64,000 bases of DNA from an uncultured bacterium (GTDB taxonomy: Bacteria; Patescibacteriota; Minisyncoccia; Phycocordibacterales; UBA9973). Positions 9,118 to 19,400 of the stretch are shown here, in pieces (within the stretch, counting starts at the first letter, position 1; each line of letters begins with the position of its first letter). The DNA lies in contig CAITQP010000011.1 of assembly GCA_903894565.1 (NCBI GenBank), forward strand, positions 6,515-70,514, given 5' to 3'. A program made the position numbers and the translations under genes. The notes under the pieces are model-generated. The model saw nothing but the letters and a program-made list of their open reading frames with translations, did no database searches and was not told the DNA's origin.

Positions 9118-9155
9118 AGACTTGTAAAAAATTAAGAGACGTATAGAATAGGCGC

Positions 9156-9758
9156 ATGAATGATACTGATCAAACAACACAATCTATGGATGAGAACAAT
9201 GATGGCGCACCGATTGATGACGTCGTGTTTGAGGAGACAGCCGAAGGGGAAGGCGAGGCATTGTCCGCCGACAAAATCAAAAAACTCCGCGCTGATTTGA
9301 GGCTCGCTCAAACAGAAAAAGCCGACTATTTGACCAATTGGCAAAAAGAGCGCGCTGATTTTATTAATTACAAAAAAGGTGAGGACGAGCGCAAAAAACA
9401 GACGCTTGATTTTGCACGTGAACAATTCACGGAAGAATTGCTCCCAGTACTCGATGCGTATGACATGGCCTTTGCGAACAAGGAAGCATGGGAAAAAGTC
9501 GACAAGAGTTGGCGCATGGGTGTTGAATATATTCAACAGCAACTCGTAAAAGTATTGCTCGATAATGGCGTGACAGAAATCGCACCAAAGGAAGGCGACC
9601 TCGCAGATTCAAACATTCATGATTTGATTGATACCATTCCGACCACTGAGGTCGCGAAAGAACACACGGTGGCGGCTGTTATGCAAAAAGGATACAAGAT
9701 GCGTGACCGTGTCATTCGTCCTGCTCGTGTGAAGGTGTACGCGCATACAAAGGAATAG
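9156..9758 (+). CDS. grpE: nucleotide exchange factor GrpE
   Basis: 200 aa with acidic N-terminus, coiled coil and GrpE C-terminal block LPVLDAYDMAF...GYKMRDRVIRPARV. Confidence 0.9.
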   Translation: MNDTDQTTQSMDENNDGAPIDDVVFEETAEGEGEALSADKIKKLRADLRLAQTEKADYLTNWQKERADFINYKKGEDERKKQTLDFAREQFTEELLPVLDAYDMAFANKEAWEKVDKSWRMGVEYIQQQLVKVLLDNGVTEIAPKEGDLADSNIHDLIDTIPTTEVAKEHTVAAVMQKGYKMRDRVIRPARVKVYAHTKE

Positions 9759-9773
9759 AGCGTAAGAAAGGTG

Positions 9774-9812
9774 AAAGGGGTGGCAACTATATAATCGTTG
9801 CCACCCCTTTTT
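9774..9812. terminator. bidirectional terminator after grpE
   Basis: gaaaggggtggcaac-tatataatc-gttgccacccctttt. Confidence 0.65.
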
Positions 9813-10190
9813 ACTTCATGTCGACAGGAAAAATCTTCCCAGGATTGATTACAGAAATTACGCACGTGCCATCTGACTTTCCATTCGTAATTTGTTTGCT
9901 CCCAACTTTTTTAAGTTTTCGGGTGTCCTCGTCTAACGGAGGGTTCCATGAACAAAGAGGAAAATTATAGGAACGAGAATCTGTTCCAAAAATTTCAGAA
10001 TAAAGAGTAACTCGAATCAATACTATTTGTGTTGATTCCGTTGAGACTTTCATCTGAGCAGTGTATCTGAAATCGCTGCCTGGGATTGTGGCCAATCCGA
10101 ATACGATATTACCATCTTGGTGGGTGATAGTAATATCAATGCTACCGTCCCTCGTTTCGATACCTATATCCTTTGTAAAGTTGCACATAA
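9811..10190 (-). CDS. hypothetical protein (start taken at internal Met to avoid overlap)
   Basis: beta-rich ~125-aa ORF MCNFTKDIGIETRDGSIDITI...; no family recognised. Confidence 0.35.
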
Positions 10191-10250
10191 TGAGTATTTT
10201 TGGTTTGAATAGTTCTACCACGCATTCAAAAGATGTGCAATAATAGGGGC

Positions 10251-10595
10251 ATGGATACAAACAACACAAACGAATCAGGTTCCGCTCAGCTCGCGGTGGA
10301 GATGGCTCCGTATAGCGATGATCGCGCATTCAAAAAAATGAATGAATTGTTCAAATTTAAACAATACGGCGATATTTTTCGTGCAATGAATCGTGTTGTT
10401 GATGCGCACCCTGAATTGTTCGATAGTAAATTCGATGAAGTTTACGATTACTTTGATGCGATTTTTAACTCAGAAGATCCAAGTATTTCTGGTGCTGATT
10501 TTTACAAATTCCAAGACAAGCTGATGAAGCAATTTTGGGAGCGTATGTATACAGTCGAGACTCGTCCTACTGTCGTGTTTGAAAGTGAAAACTAG
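10251..10595 (+). CDS. hypothetical acidic protein
   Basis: ORF MDTNNTNESG...FYKFQDKLMKQFWERMY; divergent from 9811-10190. Confidence 0.4.
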   Translation: MDTNNTNESGSAQLAVEMAPYSDDRAFKKMNELFKFKQYGDIFRAMNRVVDAHPELFDSKFDEVYDYFDAIFNSEDPSISGADFYKFQDKLMKQFWERMYTVETRPTVVFESEN

Positions 10596-11119
10596 CTCAT
10601 CAAATAGAATTGTTTGAGCTCTGCTTCTGTCTCCACATCAAGTGAACTTGTGACGATGATCATGAGTTCTGTTGTAAGCCCGAAATCTTGTTTGAGATTT
10701 TGGAATAGAAATTCGAATGGAAAAGGGGAAACCCATGCGGAATTTTTGAGACGAATAAAGCCTGCCTTTTTGAGGAGGTAGCGCAAGCTCTCGCGTTCAG
10801 CTTTGCGAGTTTCGGGGAGATCGAGAAGGATGATGCGCCATTTGCCGTCCCAATTCGGATTGGCGAGGGAATTTGAGCTATCAAGCTTGAGCGTGGCGAC
10901 TTTTTGCTTGCCCTTTTGGGTGAGGCGGGCGAAGTCACCTTGACCAGCTTCGTGCGTTTCTATAAGCCCCGTAGAAGCGAGATTCTTGAGACTTCGTGTT
11001 ACGGCGTATGCCTCTTCTGATGTGGGTTTAAAGCCCGCTTTTAGCTCAGGAATGCTGACCGCCTTCTTGCCAGAGAGGGAATTGAGGATTTTCTTTGAAA
11101 AATCTGCCTTTTTTGCCAT
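10592..11119 (-). CDS. winged-helix regulator with Cas2/VapD-like C-terminal domain (PaaX-like architecture)
   Basis: N-terminal wHTH (SIPELKAGFKPTSEEAYAVTRSLKNLASTGLIE) plus C-terminal WRIILLDLPETRKAERESLRYLLKKAGFIRLKNSAWV resembling the Cas2/PaaX middle-domain fold. Confidence 0.45.
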   Translation of the reverse strand: MAKKADFSKKILNSLSGKKAVSIPELKAGFKPTSEEAYAVTRSLKNLASTGLIETHEAGQGDFARLTQKGKQKVATLKLDSSNSLANPNWDGKWRIILLDLPETRKAERESLRYLLKKAGFIRLKNSAWVSPFPFEFLFQNLKQDFGLTTELMIIVTSSLDVETEAELKQFYLMS

Positions 11120-11178
11120 GCACCAATCCTAGCATATCCTGCGTATATTTCAACGTAGATTTCGCGGTCGCAAAAAAC

Positions 11179-11207
11179 TTGTCAAAATTTTGAAGGGAGT
11201 ATATAAT
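11179..11207 (+). promoter_or_regulatory. sigma70-type promoter upstream of dnaK
   Basis: TTGTCA-N17-TATAAT about 50 nt upstream of the dnaK start; no CIRCE element seen. Confidence 0.45.
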
Positions 11208-11258
11208 CAGCGAGTTCGAATTTATTTTGTTACAAATTATTAATAATTCATAAAAAAT

Positions 11259-13145
11259 ATGTCAAAAATCATTGGTATCGACTTGGGTACAACAAATAGT
11301 GCGTTCGCCGTCATTGAAGGTGGTGAGCCAAAAATCATTGAAAACGCTGAAGGTCAGCGTACAACTCCGTCAATCATTGCCGAAGGCAAGAGTGGAGACC
11401 GTCTCGTAGGTATTACGGCAAAGCGTCAAAGTATCACGAACCCAAAAAACACGATCTATCAGATCAAGCGTTTCATTGGACACAATTTCGATGAAGCTGA
11501 TGTTCAGAAAGATATTCAGAGTGTGCCATTTGAAGTTCGCAAATCGGACAATGGTGGTATCGAAGTGAAGATGGCGGACAAATGGCTTCGTCCAGAAGAA
11601 ATCAGTGCAATGATTTTGCAAAAGATCAAAGCTGATGCTGAAGCTCGTCTCGGCGAAACAATCACGGAAGCAGTTATTACTGTTCCAGCATACTTCAACG
11701 ACTCACAACGCCAGGCAACAAAGGACGCTGGTAAAATTGCTGGACTTGATGTGAAGCGCATCATCAACGAACCAACTGCTGCCGCACTTGCATACGGATT
11801 CAACAAAAACAAAAATGAAAAGATTGCGGTCTTCGATTTCGGAGGAGGAACATTCGACGTCTCGATCCTTGAAGTCGGTGATGATGTTATTGAAGTGAAG
11901 TCGACTGACGGTGACTCTCACCTTGGAGGAAAAGATATCGACCAGAAGATCATGAACTGGCTTGCCGAAGGATTCCAAAAAGAAAATGGTATTGATCTTC
12001 GAAAAGATCCACTTGCTCGCCAGCGTCTCGATGATGCTGCGGAAAAAGCAAAGATTGAACTTTCAACAGCAATCGAATCTGAAATCAATATTCCATTCAT
12101 CACGAGTGGTGAGGCTGGACCACTCCACCTCGTTCGCACCATGAAGCGTGCCGAACTTGAAGATATCACTCGCGAATTTATTGATCGCGCAATGATGATC
12201 ACGAAGCGTGCCGTCGAAGCAAGTCCATTCAAAGTTACTGAGATCAATGAAGTGATTCTCGTTGGAGGACAGACTCGTATGCCAGCGCTTCAGGCTGAAG
12301 TTGAGAAATTCTTCCAGAAGAAGCCACACATGGGCGTGAACCCAGATGAAGTTGTAGCACTCGGAGCTGCTGTTCAAGGGGGAGTGCTGAAAGGTGAAGT
12401 GCGCGATGTGCTTCTCCTCGATGTGATCCCACTTTCACTCGGAATTGAAACACTCGGAGGTGTCGCAACAAAACTCATTGAGAAGAACACAACAATTCCA
12501 AGTCAGAAATCACAAGTGTTCTCAACCGCTGCGGACAATCAGACAAGTGTTGAGATTCATATCTCACAAGGTGAACGTCCAATGGCAGCTGACAACAAAT
12601 CACTTGGACGATTTGTGCTTGAGGGTATCCCGCCAGCACCACGCGGTATGCCACAAGTTGAAGTTACATTCGATGTTGATGCAAACGGAATTCTCTCAGT
12701 AACGGCAAAGGACAAAGCTTCAGGCAAGAGTCAGAGTATTCGCATCGAAGCAAGCTCTGGTCTCTCAAAAGAAGATATCGCGAAAATGCAGAAAGACGCA
12801 GAACTTCATGCTGACGAGGATGCGAAGAAAAAAGAAACAGCTGATGTAAAGAATACCGCTGAGATGACAATCTTCACTGCGGAAAAAGCACTTAAAGATG
12901 CCGGAGACAAAGTCCCCGCAGATGTGAAGACTGGAGTTGAAGCAAAAATCACAAGTCTTCGCACGGCAAAAGATTCAAGTGATCTCGATGGCATCAAGAA
13001 GGCAACCGAGGAACTTTCAGCTGAAATGATGAAGATTGGCGAAGCAATGCAAAAAGCTGGTGCAGCACCAGAGACCGGCACGACTGCTGAGCCACAGAAT
13101 CCTGAAGTAAACGGAGAGAATGTACAGGACGCTGAGATGAAGTAA
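11259..13145 (+). CDS. dnaK: molecular chaperone DnaK (Hsp70)
   Basis: 628 aa, [22 protein letters not shown], full NBD+SBD. Confidence 0.97.
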   Translation: MSKIIGIDLGTTNSAFAVIEGGEPKIIENAEGQRTTPSIIAEGKSGDRLVGITAKRQSITNPKNTIYQIKRFIGHNFDEADVQKDIQSVPFEVRKSDNGGIEVKMADKWLRPEEISAMILQKIKADAEARLGETITEAVITVPAYFNDSQRQATKDAGKIAGLDVKRIINEPTAAALAYGFNKNKNEKIAVFDFGGGTFDVSILEVGDDVIEVKSTDGDSHLGGKDIDQKIMNWLAEGFQKENGIDLRKDPLARQRLDDAAEKAKIELSTAIESEINIPFITSGEAGPLHLVRTMKRAELEDITREFIDRAMMITKRAVEASPFKVTEINEVILVGGQTRMPALQAEVEKFFQKKPHMGVNPDEVVALGAAVQGGVLKGEVRDVLLLDVIPLSLGIETLGGVATKLIEKNTTIPSQKSQVFSTAADNQTSVEIHISQGERPMAADNKSLGRFVLEGIPPAPRGMPQVEVTFDVDANGILSVTAKDKASGKSQSIRIEASSGLSKEDIAKMQKDAELHADEDAKKKETADVKNTAEMTIFTAEKALKDAGDKVPADVKTGVEAKITSLRTAKDSSDLDGIKKATEELSAEMMKIGEAMQKAGAAPETGTTAEPQNPEVNGENVQDAEMK

Positions 13146-13159
13146 ATTTTAGTTTTTCT

Positions 13160-13190
13160 AAAAAGGCCCCGCTCACGCGGGGCCTTTTTG
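13160..13190 (+). terminator. rho-independent terminator after dnaK
   Basis: aaaaaggccccgc-tcac-gcggggcctttttg. Confidence 0.8.
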
Positions 13191-13348
13191 CTGGTTGACA
13201 AAAGTATGTTTTTTGAGTAAAGTGCACTCTAATTAACTCATTAGAACCAGGTTGCCCATACTTGCATAAGGTTTTTGGTATAGCCTGGCATGGTACTGGG
13301 CGCCTGTTTCTTCATTTTTTTATTTGTTTTATTTGGTTAGTGAGTCAG

Positions 13349-13381
13349 GGCGGCCGCGATTTCTATCGCAGCCGCCTTTTT
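13349..13381 (+). terminator. second hairpin+T-run, ~160 nt after the dnaK terminator and ~80 nt before the next start
   Basis: ggcggccgcga-tttcta-tcgcagccgcc followed by TTTTT; preceded by TTGACA-N17-TAAAGT at 13195. Confidence 0.5.
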
Positions 13382-13461
13382 ATTTGTTTACTATTTCTTT
13401 GCAAAAACTTGTCCACGATATTCTTCTGTATATTTTGTCGATTGAATTTATACTTGAGGAT

Positions 13462-14437
13462 ATGAAAATAAAATTCCTTGTCATTGTCATTGTTATCGTT
13501 CTCGGTTTGATTCCAGTATCGTCTCTCGAAGCCGCGTATCATTTTGCCAATTTTGTTGGACGGTCACCAATCCATGTATACAAAAGTACAGGCATAAAGC
13601 CGCTTGGAGTTACGCCTACTGAGATTAAGTCGTTCTATCATTTACCGTTAAATGGAGGACAGGGTACGATTGCTATTATCGGTGCGTATAAAGATGTATC
13701 TATCGAAAAAGATCTCGCAGATTTTGATGCACAGTTTTCGTTACCTCCATGTACGATCAAAAATGGATGTCTTGAGACGCATGTTATGACTGCGAAAGAA
13801 AAGTCTGATACAGGTTGGGCACTCGAAACAGCTCTCGATGTTGAGTGGGCACATGCGATCGCGCCGAGCGCGCGTATCTTGCTTGTGTCGGCAACGAGTC
13901 CCTCTGGGGCGAATTTTCTTAATGCACTCGATTATGTTTCTACTCGGCGAGATGTCGTGTCTGTTTCAATGAGTTGGGGAGGACAAGAATTTCCTGAAGA
14001 GATTTCTCTCGATTCACATTTTATCAGTAAGTCTGGCGCGGTTTATTTTGCTTCATCGGGAGATACTGGATCGGGTGCATCTTGGCCAGCTTCATCACCA
14101 AATGTTGTTGCTGTCGGTGGAACATCGATCGTATTTGATCGAAATCAAAAACCACGCGCAGAAATTGCATGGCAGGGAAGTGGTGGAGGAATCAGCGGGT
14201 GAATGGAGAACAGTCGGTGGGACTTCTGCTGGCGCACCGCAGTGGGCAGCACTTGCGGCCCTGGGAAGTGGTGCCTCAAATATCAATTTTTACAAAGACA
14301 AAACCCTTGTGACAAACGGACAATTTTTTACCGATATTACAAGTGGTGCTAATGGTGCATGTATTTTTTATTGTACAGCCCGAAAAAGGTATGATTATGT
14401 TACCGGACTTGGAACACCCCATACTGCGCATTTTTAG
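13462..14437 (+). pseudogene. sedolisin/kumamolisin-like (S53) serine peptidase, frameshifted with internal deletion
   Basis: signal peptide MKIKFLVIVIV; S53 blocks AIIGAYKDVSIEKDLADFD, SGGGIS, then frame switch at ~14200 to GGTSAGAPQWAAL...TGLGTP; distance between the GGG.S and GTSxAxP blocks is ~45 aa shorter than in kumamolisin. Confidence 0.5.
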
Positions 14438-14443
14438 TTTATA

Positions 14444-16195
14444 ATGGCAGGCATGACTCAAGCGCAAGCGCTCGCCATCATGAAAACAGGAGTGAATGTG
14501 TATCTGACCGGTTCAGCTGGTTCGGGTAAAACACACACTTTGCGCGACTATATCAAATGGCTCGATGATCGAGCTATTCCAGTTGCAATAACCGCTTCTA
14601 CGGGCATTGCAGCCACTCATATGAACGGCCAGACGATCCACGGATGGGCGGGAATCGGTATTCGAGAATTTTTGACAGATGCTGATATGGATATGCTCGA
14701 ACAAAAACAATATCTTTGGAAGCGTTTTGAAAAAGCTCGGGTATTGATCATTGATGAAGTTTCGATGCTTCATGCTCATCGTCTGGATATGGTAGAGCGT
14801 GTCTGTCGACGATTTAAGCGAAATGATTTACCTTTTGGTGGATTGCAGGTGATTCTTTCGGGGGATTTTTTTCAGTTGCCCCCGGTAACAAAAAGTGGAT
14901 TTGCTTCGGCGCGGCAGGCGAAGCCTGCCGCGCCTCAAGGCGAAATCTTCAAAGACTTCGACAGCGGTGAAGAATTCCAAGAAGAGGAAATCCCCGAAAG
15001 TGACATGGTTATTCATTCTCGTGCATGGCGCGCAATGAAGCCTGCCATTTGCTACCTGACGGAACAGCATCGTCAAGAAGACGATACCTTTCTCGAGATT
15101 CTCAATGCGATGCGTGCGAATATGGTAGAGGACACACACAAGGCACTCATCAAGGGTCGCCTGAACGCATCTGTCTCAAACGCATTTCCAACAAAATTGT
15201 ATACGCATAATGTTGATGTTGATGCGATTAATTATGCTGAATTACAAAAACTTCCTGGCGATACAAAAGAATTTCACATGGCAGGCACTGGCGCTGATCC
15301 ACTCGTGTTGGCGCTTAAGAAATCGTGCCTTGCTCCCGAACAGCTCAAACTCAAAATTGGTGCAGAAATCATGTTCATCAAAAATAATTATGAGGCAGGA
15401 TATGTGAATGGAACACGTGGAGCAATTCGGGGTTTTGATTCTCGAGGTGAGCCGATCGTTGAAATATATGCCACAGGAAAACGTCTCTCTGTGCAAGCGA
15501 TGAATTGGGAGGTTGAAGAAAATGGAAGAGTAAAAGCTAGCATCACACAATATCCTCTTCGTCTTGCATGGGCGATCACAATCCACAAGAGTCAGGGAAT
15601 GAGCTTGGATTCTGCAGAAATTGATCTATCGAAAACATTCACGTATGGTATGGGTTACGTAGCGCTTTCGCGTGTGCGTACACTTGCCGGCATTCGTCTT
15701 GTAGGCTTCGCGGATAATGCACTTCAAATGGATCCAGCCGTACTTGCGCTTGATGACAAACTGCAAGCAGACAGTGAGGATAACGTAAGTATTTTTTCCA
15801 AACTTACCAAAGAAGAGCATGATAAACTCGAGCGAGAATTCGTGCTTCGTATGGGTGGCAAAATATTTGTTGAATCAATCCAGAGTATAAAAAAAGAATC
15901 GAAAGAAAAGAAGTCAAAAAAATCAAAAACGCCAAAGGAACCAAACGTAAATGAAGACGGGCTCACGTGGGCAGAACGCGTGGCAGAGATGCGCAAGAAA
16001 TATCCAAATGCGTATATGCCATGGAATGAAGCAGAAGATGACGCGCTTACTATCCAATTCAACAACGGTATTTCACAAAAACAACTTTCAAAAGATTTTG
16101 GAAGACAGCCTGGATCGATTCGTGCGCGTCTTGAAAAACTTGGACTGATTGAGAAAGACGAAACGTGGTATCCCAAAAAAGAGAAAGCCGAATAA
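14444..16195 (+). CDS. PIF1/RecD-family ATP-dependent DNA helicase with C-terminal HTH extension
   Basis: Walker A GSAGSGKT, IIDEVSM, GDFFQLPPV, QHRQ...; C-terminal basic linker and HTH-like ISQKQLSKDFGRQPGSIRARLEKLGL. Confidence 0.8.
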   Translation: MAGMTQAQALAIMKTGVNVYLTGSAGSGKTHTLRDYIKWLDDRAIPVAITASTGIAATHMNGQTIHGWAGIGIREFLTDADMDMLEQKQYLWKRFEKARVLIIDEVSMLHAHRLDMVERVCRRFKRNDLPFGGLQVILSGDFFQLPPVTKSGFASARQAKPAAPQGEIFKDFDSGEEFQEEEIPESDMVIHSRAWRAMKPAICYLTEQHRQEDDTFLEILNAMRANMVEDTHKALIKGRLNASVSNAFPTKLYTHNVDVDAINYAELQKLPGDTKEFHMAGTGADPLVLALKKSCLAPEQLKLKIGAEIMFIKNNYEAGYVNGTRGAIRGFDSRGEPIVEIYATGKRLSVQAMNWEVEENGRVKASITQYPLRLAWAITIHKSQGMSLDSAEIDLSKTFTYGMGYVALSRVRTLAGIRLVGFADNALQMDPAVLALDDKLQADSEDNVSIFSKLTKEEHDKLEREFVLRMGGKIFVESIQSIKKESKEKKSKKSKTPKEPNVNEDGLTWAERVAEMRKKYPNAYMPWNEAEDDALTIQFNNGISQKQLSKDFGRQPGSIRARLEKLGLIEKDETWYPKKEKAE

Positions 16196-16202
16196 TGTAA
16201 AA

Positions 16203-16233
16203 TGAAAAAACTCCCGCGCAAAGGGGAGTTTTT
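16203..16233 (+). terminator. rho-independent terminator after helicase
   Basis: aactccc-gcgcaaag-gggagtt then T-run. Confidence 0.6.
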
Positions 16234-16405
16234 TCATGTACGGAAAGAATATGAACCGTACTCTCGCGTATTTTCCAAAGAACCTTATTTCTATTTTTAC
16301 AAAACAGGCGTGTACTTTTCCTAAACGTATTGTCAAGAAAACATCAAATGAACATCCACAAAATGATGTTCAAAATAAAATCAATACGATACACTTTTAT
16401 CAAAT

Positions 16406-19400
16406 ATGATGAAAAAATTGTTTGTGCTTCTTTTTATTATTCTTTGTTTCCAATTTTTAACACATCAAGCGGAAGCTTCAACTACTGTGGGTGGGGATAT
16501 TTCAAGCGACACGATATGGGATATATCCGGAAGTCCGTACATACTCAATCAAGAAGTTCGAGTTACATCGGGAGCATCACTGACCATTTCTCCTGGCGTC
16601 ACAGTCGAAAACGGAATTGGAAAGCATCCACTTGACCTTGGTATTACTGTTACTGATGGAAAATTAGCTGTACTCGGGACATCTGATCAGCGGATCACGT
16701 TTCAAAATATATATGTTGATGGTACCAATGCCTCGATTTCAATTTCTTATGCCGACCTATTGAGGGTTCAGGTGTCCACAAAATCCATTGTTACTATTAT
16801 CGAGAGCACGCTAAGTAGTTTGAGTATGGTTGATAGTTCAGTCGCAACTGTTTCTGATACAACTATCGACGCAGATTTTTCACCGCTCGCTTTGGCTCCA
16901 ACATATATCCAAGGACGATCAATTCTTACATTTAAAAATGGTCACATTCGAAATACGAGTACTTCGGGGACAGCACTGCAAACACGTGACAACGTGACAG
17001 TGAATCTCACGAATACGGTAATCGAAGGAGGCGATATTGGAGTTGCCGTGACCGTTGATAGCAGGGTCACACTTGATGGCGATATCGTAAAAAATGCAAA
17101 AAAAGCTGGTATATATGTAGAAAAACACCCGACTGAGTCTTGGGACCACAACGAGCTCGTTGTTCGCAACTCACAAATCATACAAAACGAACATGGTGTT
17201 GAGATTCGAAATACTCCAGAGCGAATTGATATTTCTGGAAATAGTTTTATAGGAAATACGATAGCGATCTATCACACGGATCCAGGAAAAATAATAATTG
17301 GAGAAAATTGGTGGAATAGTTCGACTGGTCCGAAAAGTACTCTCTATAATCCCGGTGGTCAGGGTGAATCAATCTCAGATCTTATCGTCGTTTCATCATG
17401 GTTAATGACGGATCCATTTGATAATCAAATAAAAATTGAGAAGAAGAACACACCAGTTATTATCATCCCCGGTATTGCGGGGAGTGAGTTGTTCAAGAAG
17501 AATGCTTCTCAAACAGAATTATGGCCAAACATAAAGGGTGTGGTAACTTCGATATCGGATGATTTTCTTGAATATCTCGCATTCGATGCAAACGGCGAGG
17601 AAAAAAACGACAATCCTGTTCACGTGGGAGATGTGATTCGATCGCTTTCCGGAGTTCATATTTTTGATTCATTGATAGATTCTCTCGTATCAGCTGGATA
17701 TGTAGAAGGGAAGGACCTTTTTGTTTTTCCGTATGATTGGAGGCATTCTGTTCAGGAAGATGCTCTTGAATTAAAAAAGATGATTGCAAATGTCACGACC
17801 CTATCGAATTGTCCAAACGTGACGCTCGTCGCGCATAGCATGGGAGGCTTGGTTGCAAAGCAGTATATTGCCGACGAAGGTGATTCACTTATTGATAAAC
17901 TCATACTTTTGGCGACGCCGCATCTTGGTTCACCAAAAGCATTTACGATGCTTGAATATGGCGACAACCTTGGGGCGAGTATTCTTGGTTTTAGTCTTTT
18001 GAATCCAAAAAAAATATATTCAATATCACAAAATATGCCTTCAGTGTACGATTTGCTTCCGAGTAAGACGTACGTGGATGATCCTAGTCATGGACTTCGG
18101 TATGTGCAAGACTTACTAGGCACCTATTTATCGAATACCAGTTCACCGTATCTTGATTACGCGGAAACAAAACAATTACTTATCAGTTCCGGACGAAATT
18201 CTAACCTGTTTTCTCAGGCTGAGGACATGCACGCGGGGATAGACTCGATACCTTTGCCAGAATCAAAAACATATAATTATGTTGGTTGTGGGCGAACAAA
18301 AACAATTGGGAGTATAACTTTACGAAAAAAATTCGCTTGGACAAGTACTGGTCGAGCGTTTGTGGATGATTATGATCTCGGGTATGTGAATGGAGACGAT
18401 ACCGTACCGCGTACCTCAGCGTCTCTTTCTGGGACACAACAATTTTTTGTTAAGGGCGCGTCGCACTCAACGATCCCTTCGACGAGTGGCGTACCTGAAA
18501 GTATTCAAGCAGTACTTTCTGATCATCCCGAAAAAGCAATTTCTCAAAATGTTGTGAGAGATACAAGCGCCTGCGCGATTGCAGGAACACTTGTAAGTAA
18601 ACATAGTCCCGTTCGAATGGACGTATATGATGCCAGTGGTAACCACACAGGACCATTAGTCGATGGCTCGATCGAGTACGGTATTGAAGGGGTTTCCTAT
18701 GATGAGGTAGGGGAAGATGCGTTTGTATTTTTGCCGAGTGGTGCTACTTATACTATTGTAAACACTGCAACGGATACTGGTGGATATGATTTGTATGTAA
18801 AAAAAATAGCTGAGGATGATACCGTGACTCGTGAGTATTATTTTCATGATATACCGATTGTTTCTGTCGGAGATGTCTCATCACTTACGATTAGCGATGA
18901 GATTAGTGACCCAGAAATTCATGCGGGCTCTGGCAGCGACAACCAAACAATATACAAGCCTTCTCGTGTTACCTCTGATATGTCGGCACACGATTCTGTT
19001 GCTCCAGTTAGTTCTGCAAACATCGCCGACGACGGTTATGTGACGCTCAGTGCAAGTGACGTAGATTCGGGTGTTCTTGAAACAAATTATTCAACGGATA
19101 GTGGTACTACGTGGAATCGTTACGAAAATCCATTTCAGGCAATTGGTCAAACGGTAAACTATTTCTCGATTGATGCCGTTGGAAACGTGGAAGATATAAA
19201 AATAATTACTGTTCCTAAAAAAATAAATGAAAAAAATGAAATAATTGATCACTTTACTCATGATACTGGAGGTCAACAAAATTCAGGACCTGTTCAGTTG
19301 TTTGGTATTGCTTCTTCGAGTATCGTATCGCAAGAACCATCTTCTAAATTCATTGCCGATATACATCGCGTAGATCCCGTGCAAGTCGCAGAACCGAATA

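Noticed and set aside
9118-11258. CIRCE (TTAGCACTC-N9-GAGTGCTAA) HrcA operator upstream of grpE, dnaK or hsp20
   Set aside because: No match found in any of the three upstream regions.
11370-13227. Multiple 60-130-aa ORFs antisense to dnaK; similar ORFs antisense to valS, priA, ftsZ, murA and the ABC transporter
   Set aside because: All lie entirely inside well-supported long genes on the opposite strand and have low-complexity translations. They are spurious.
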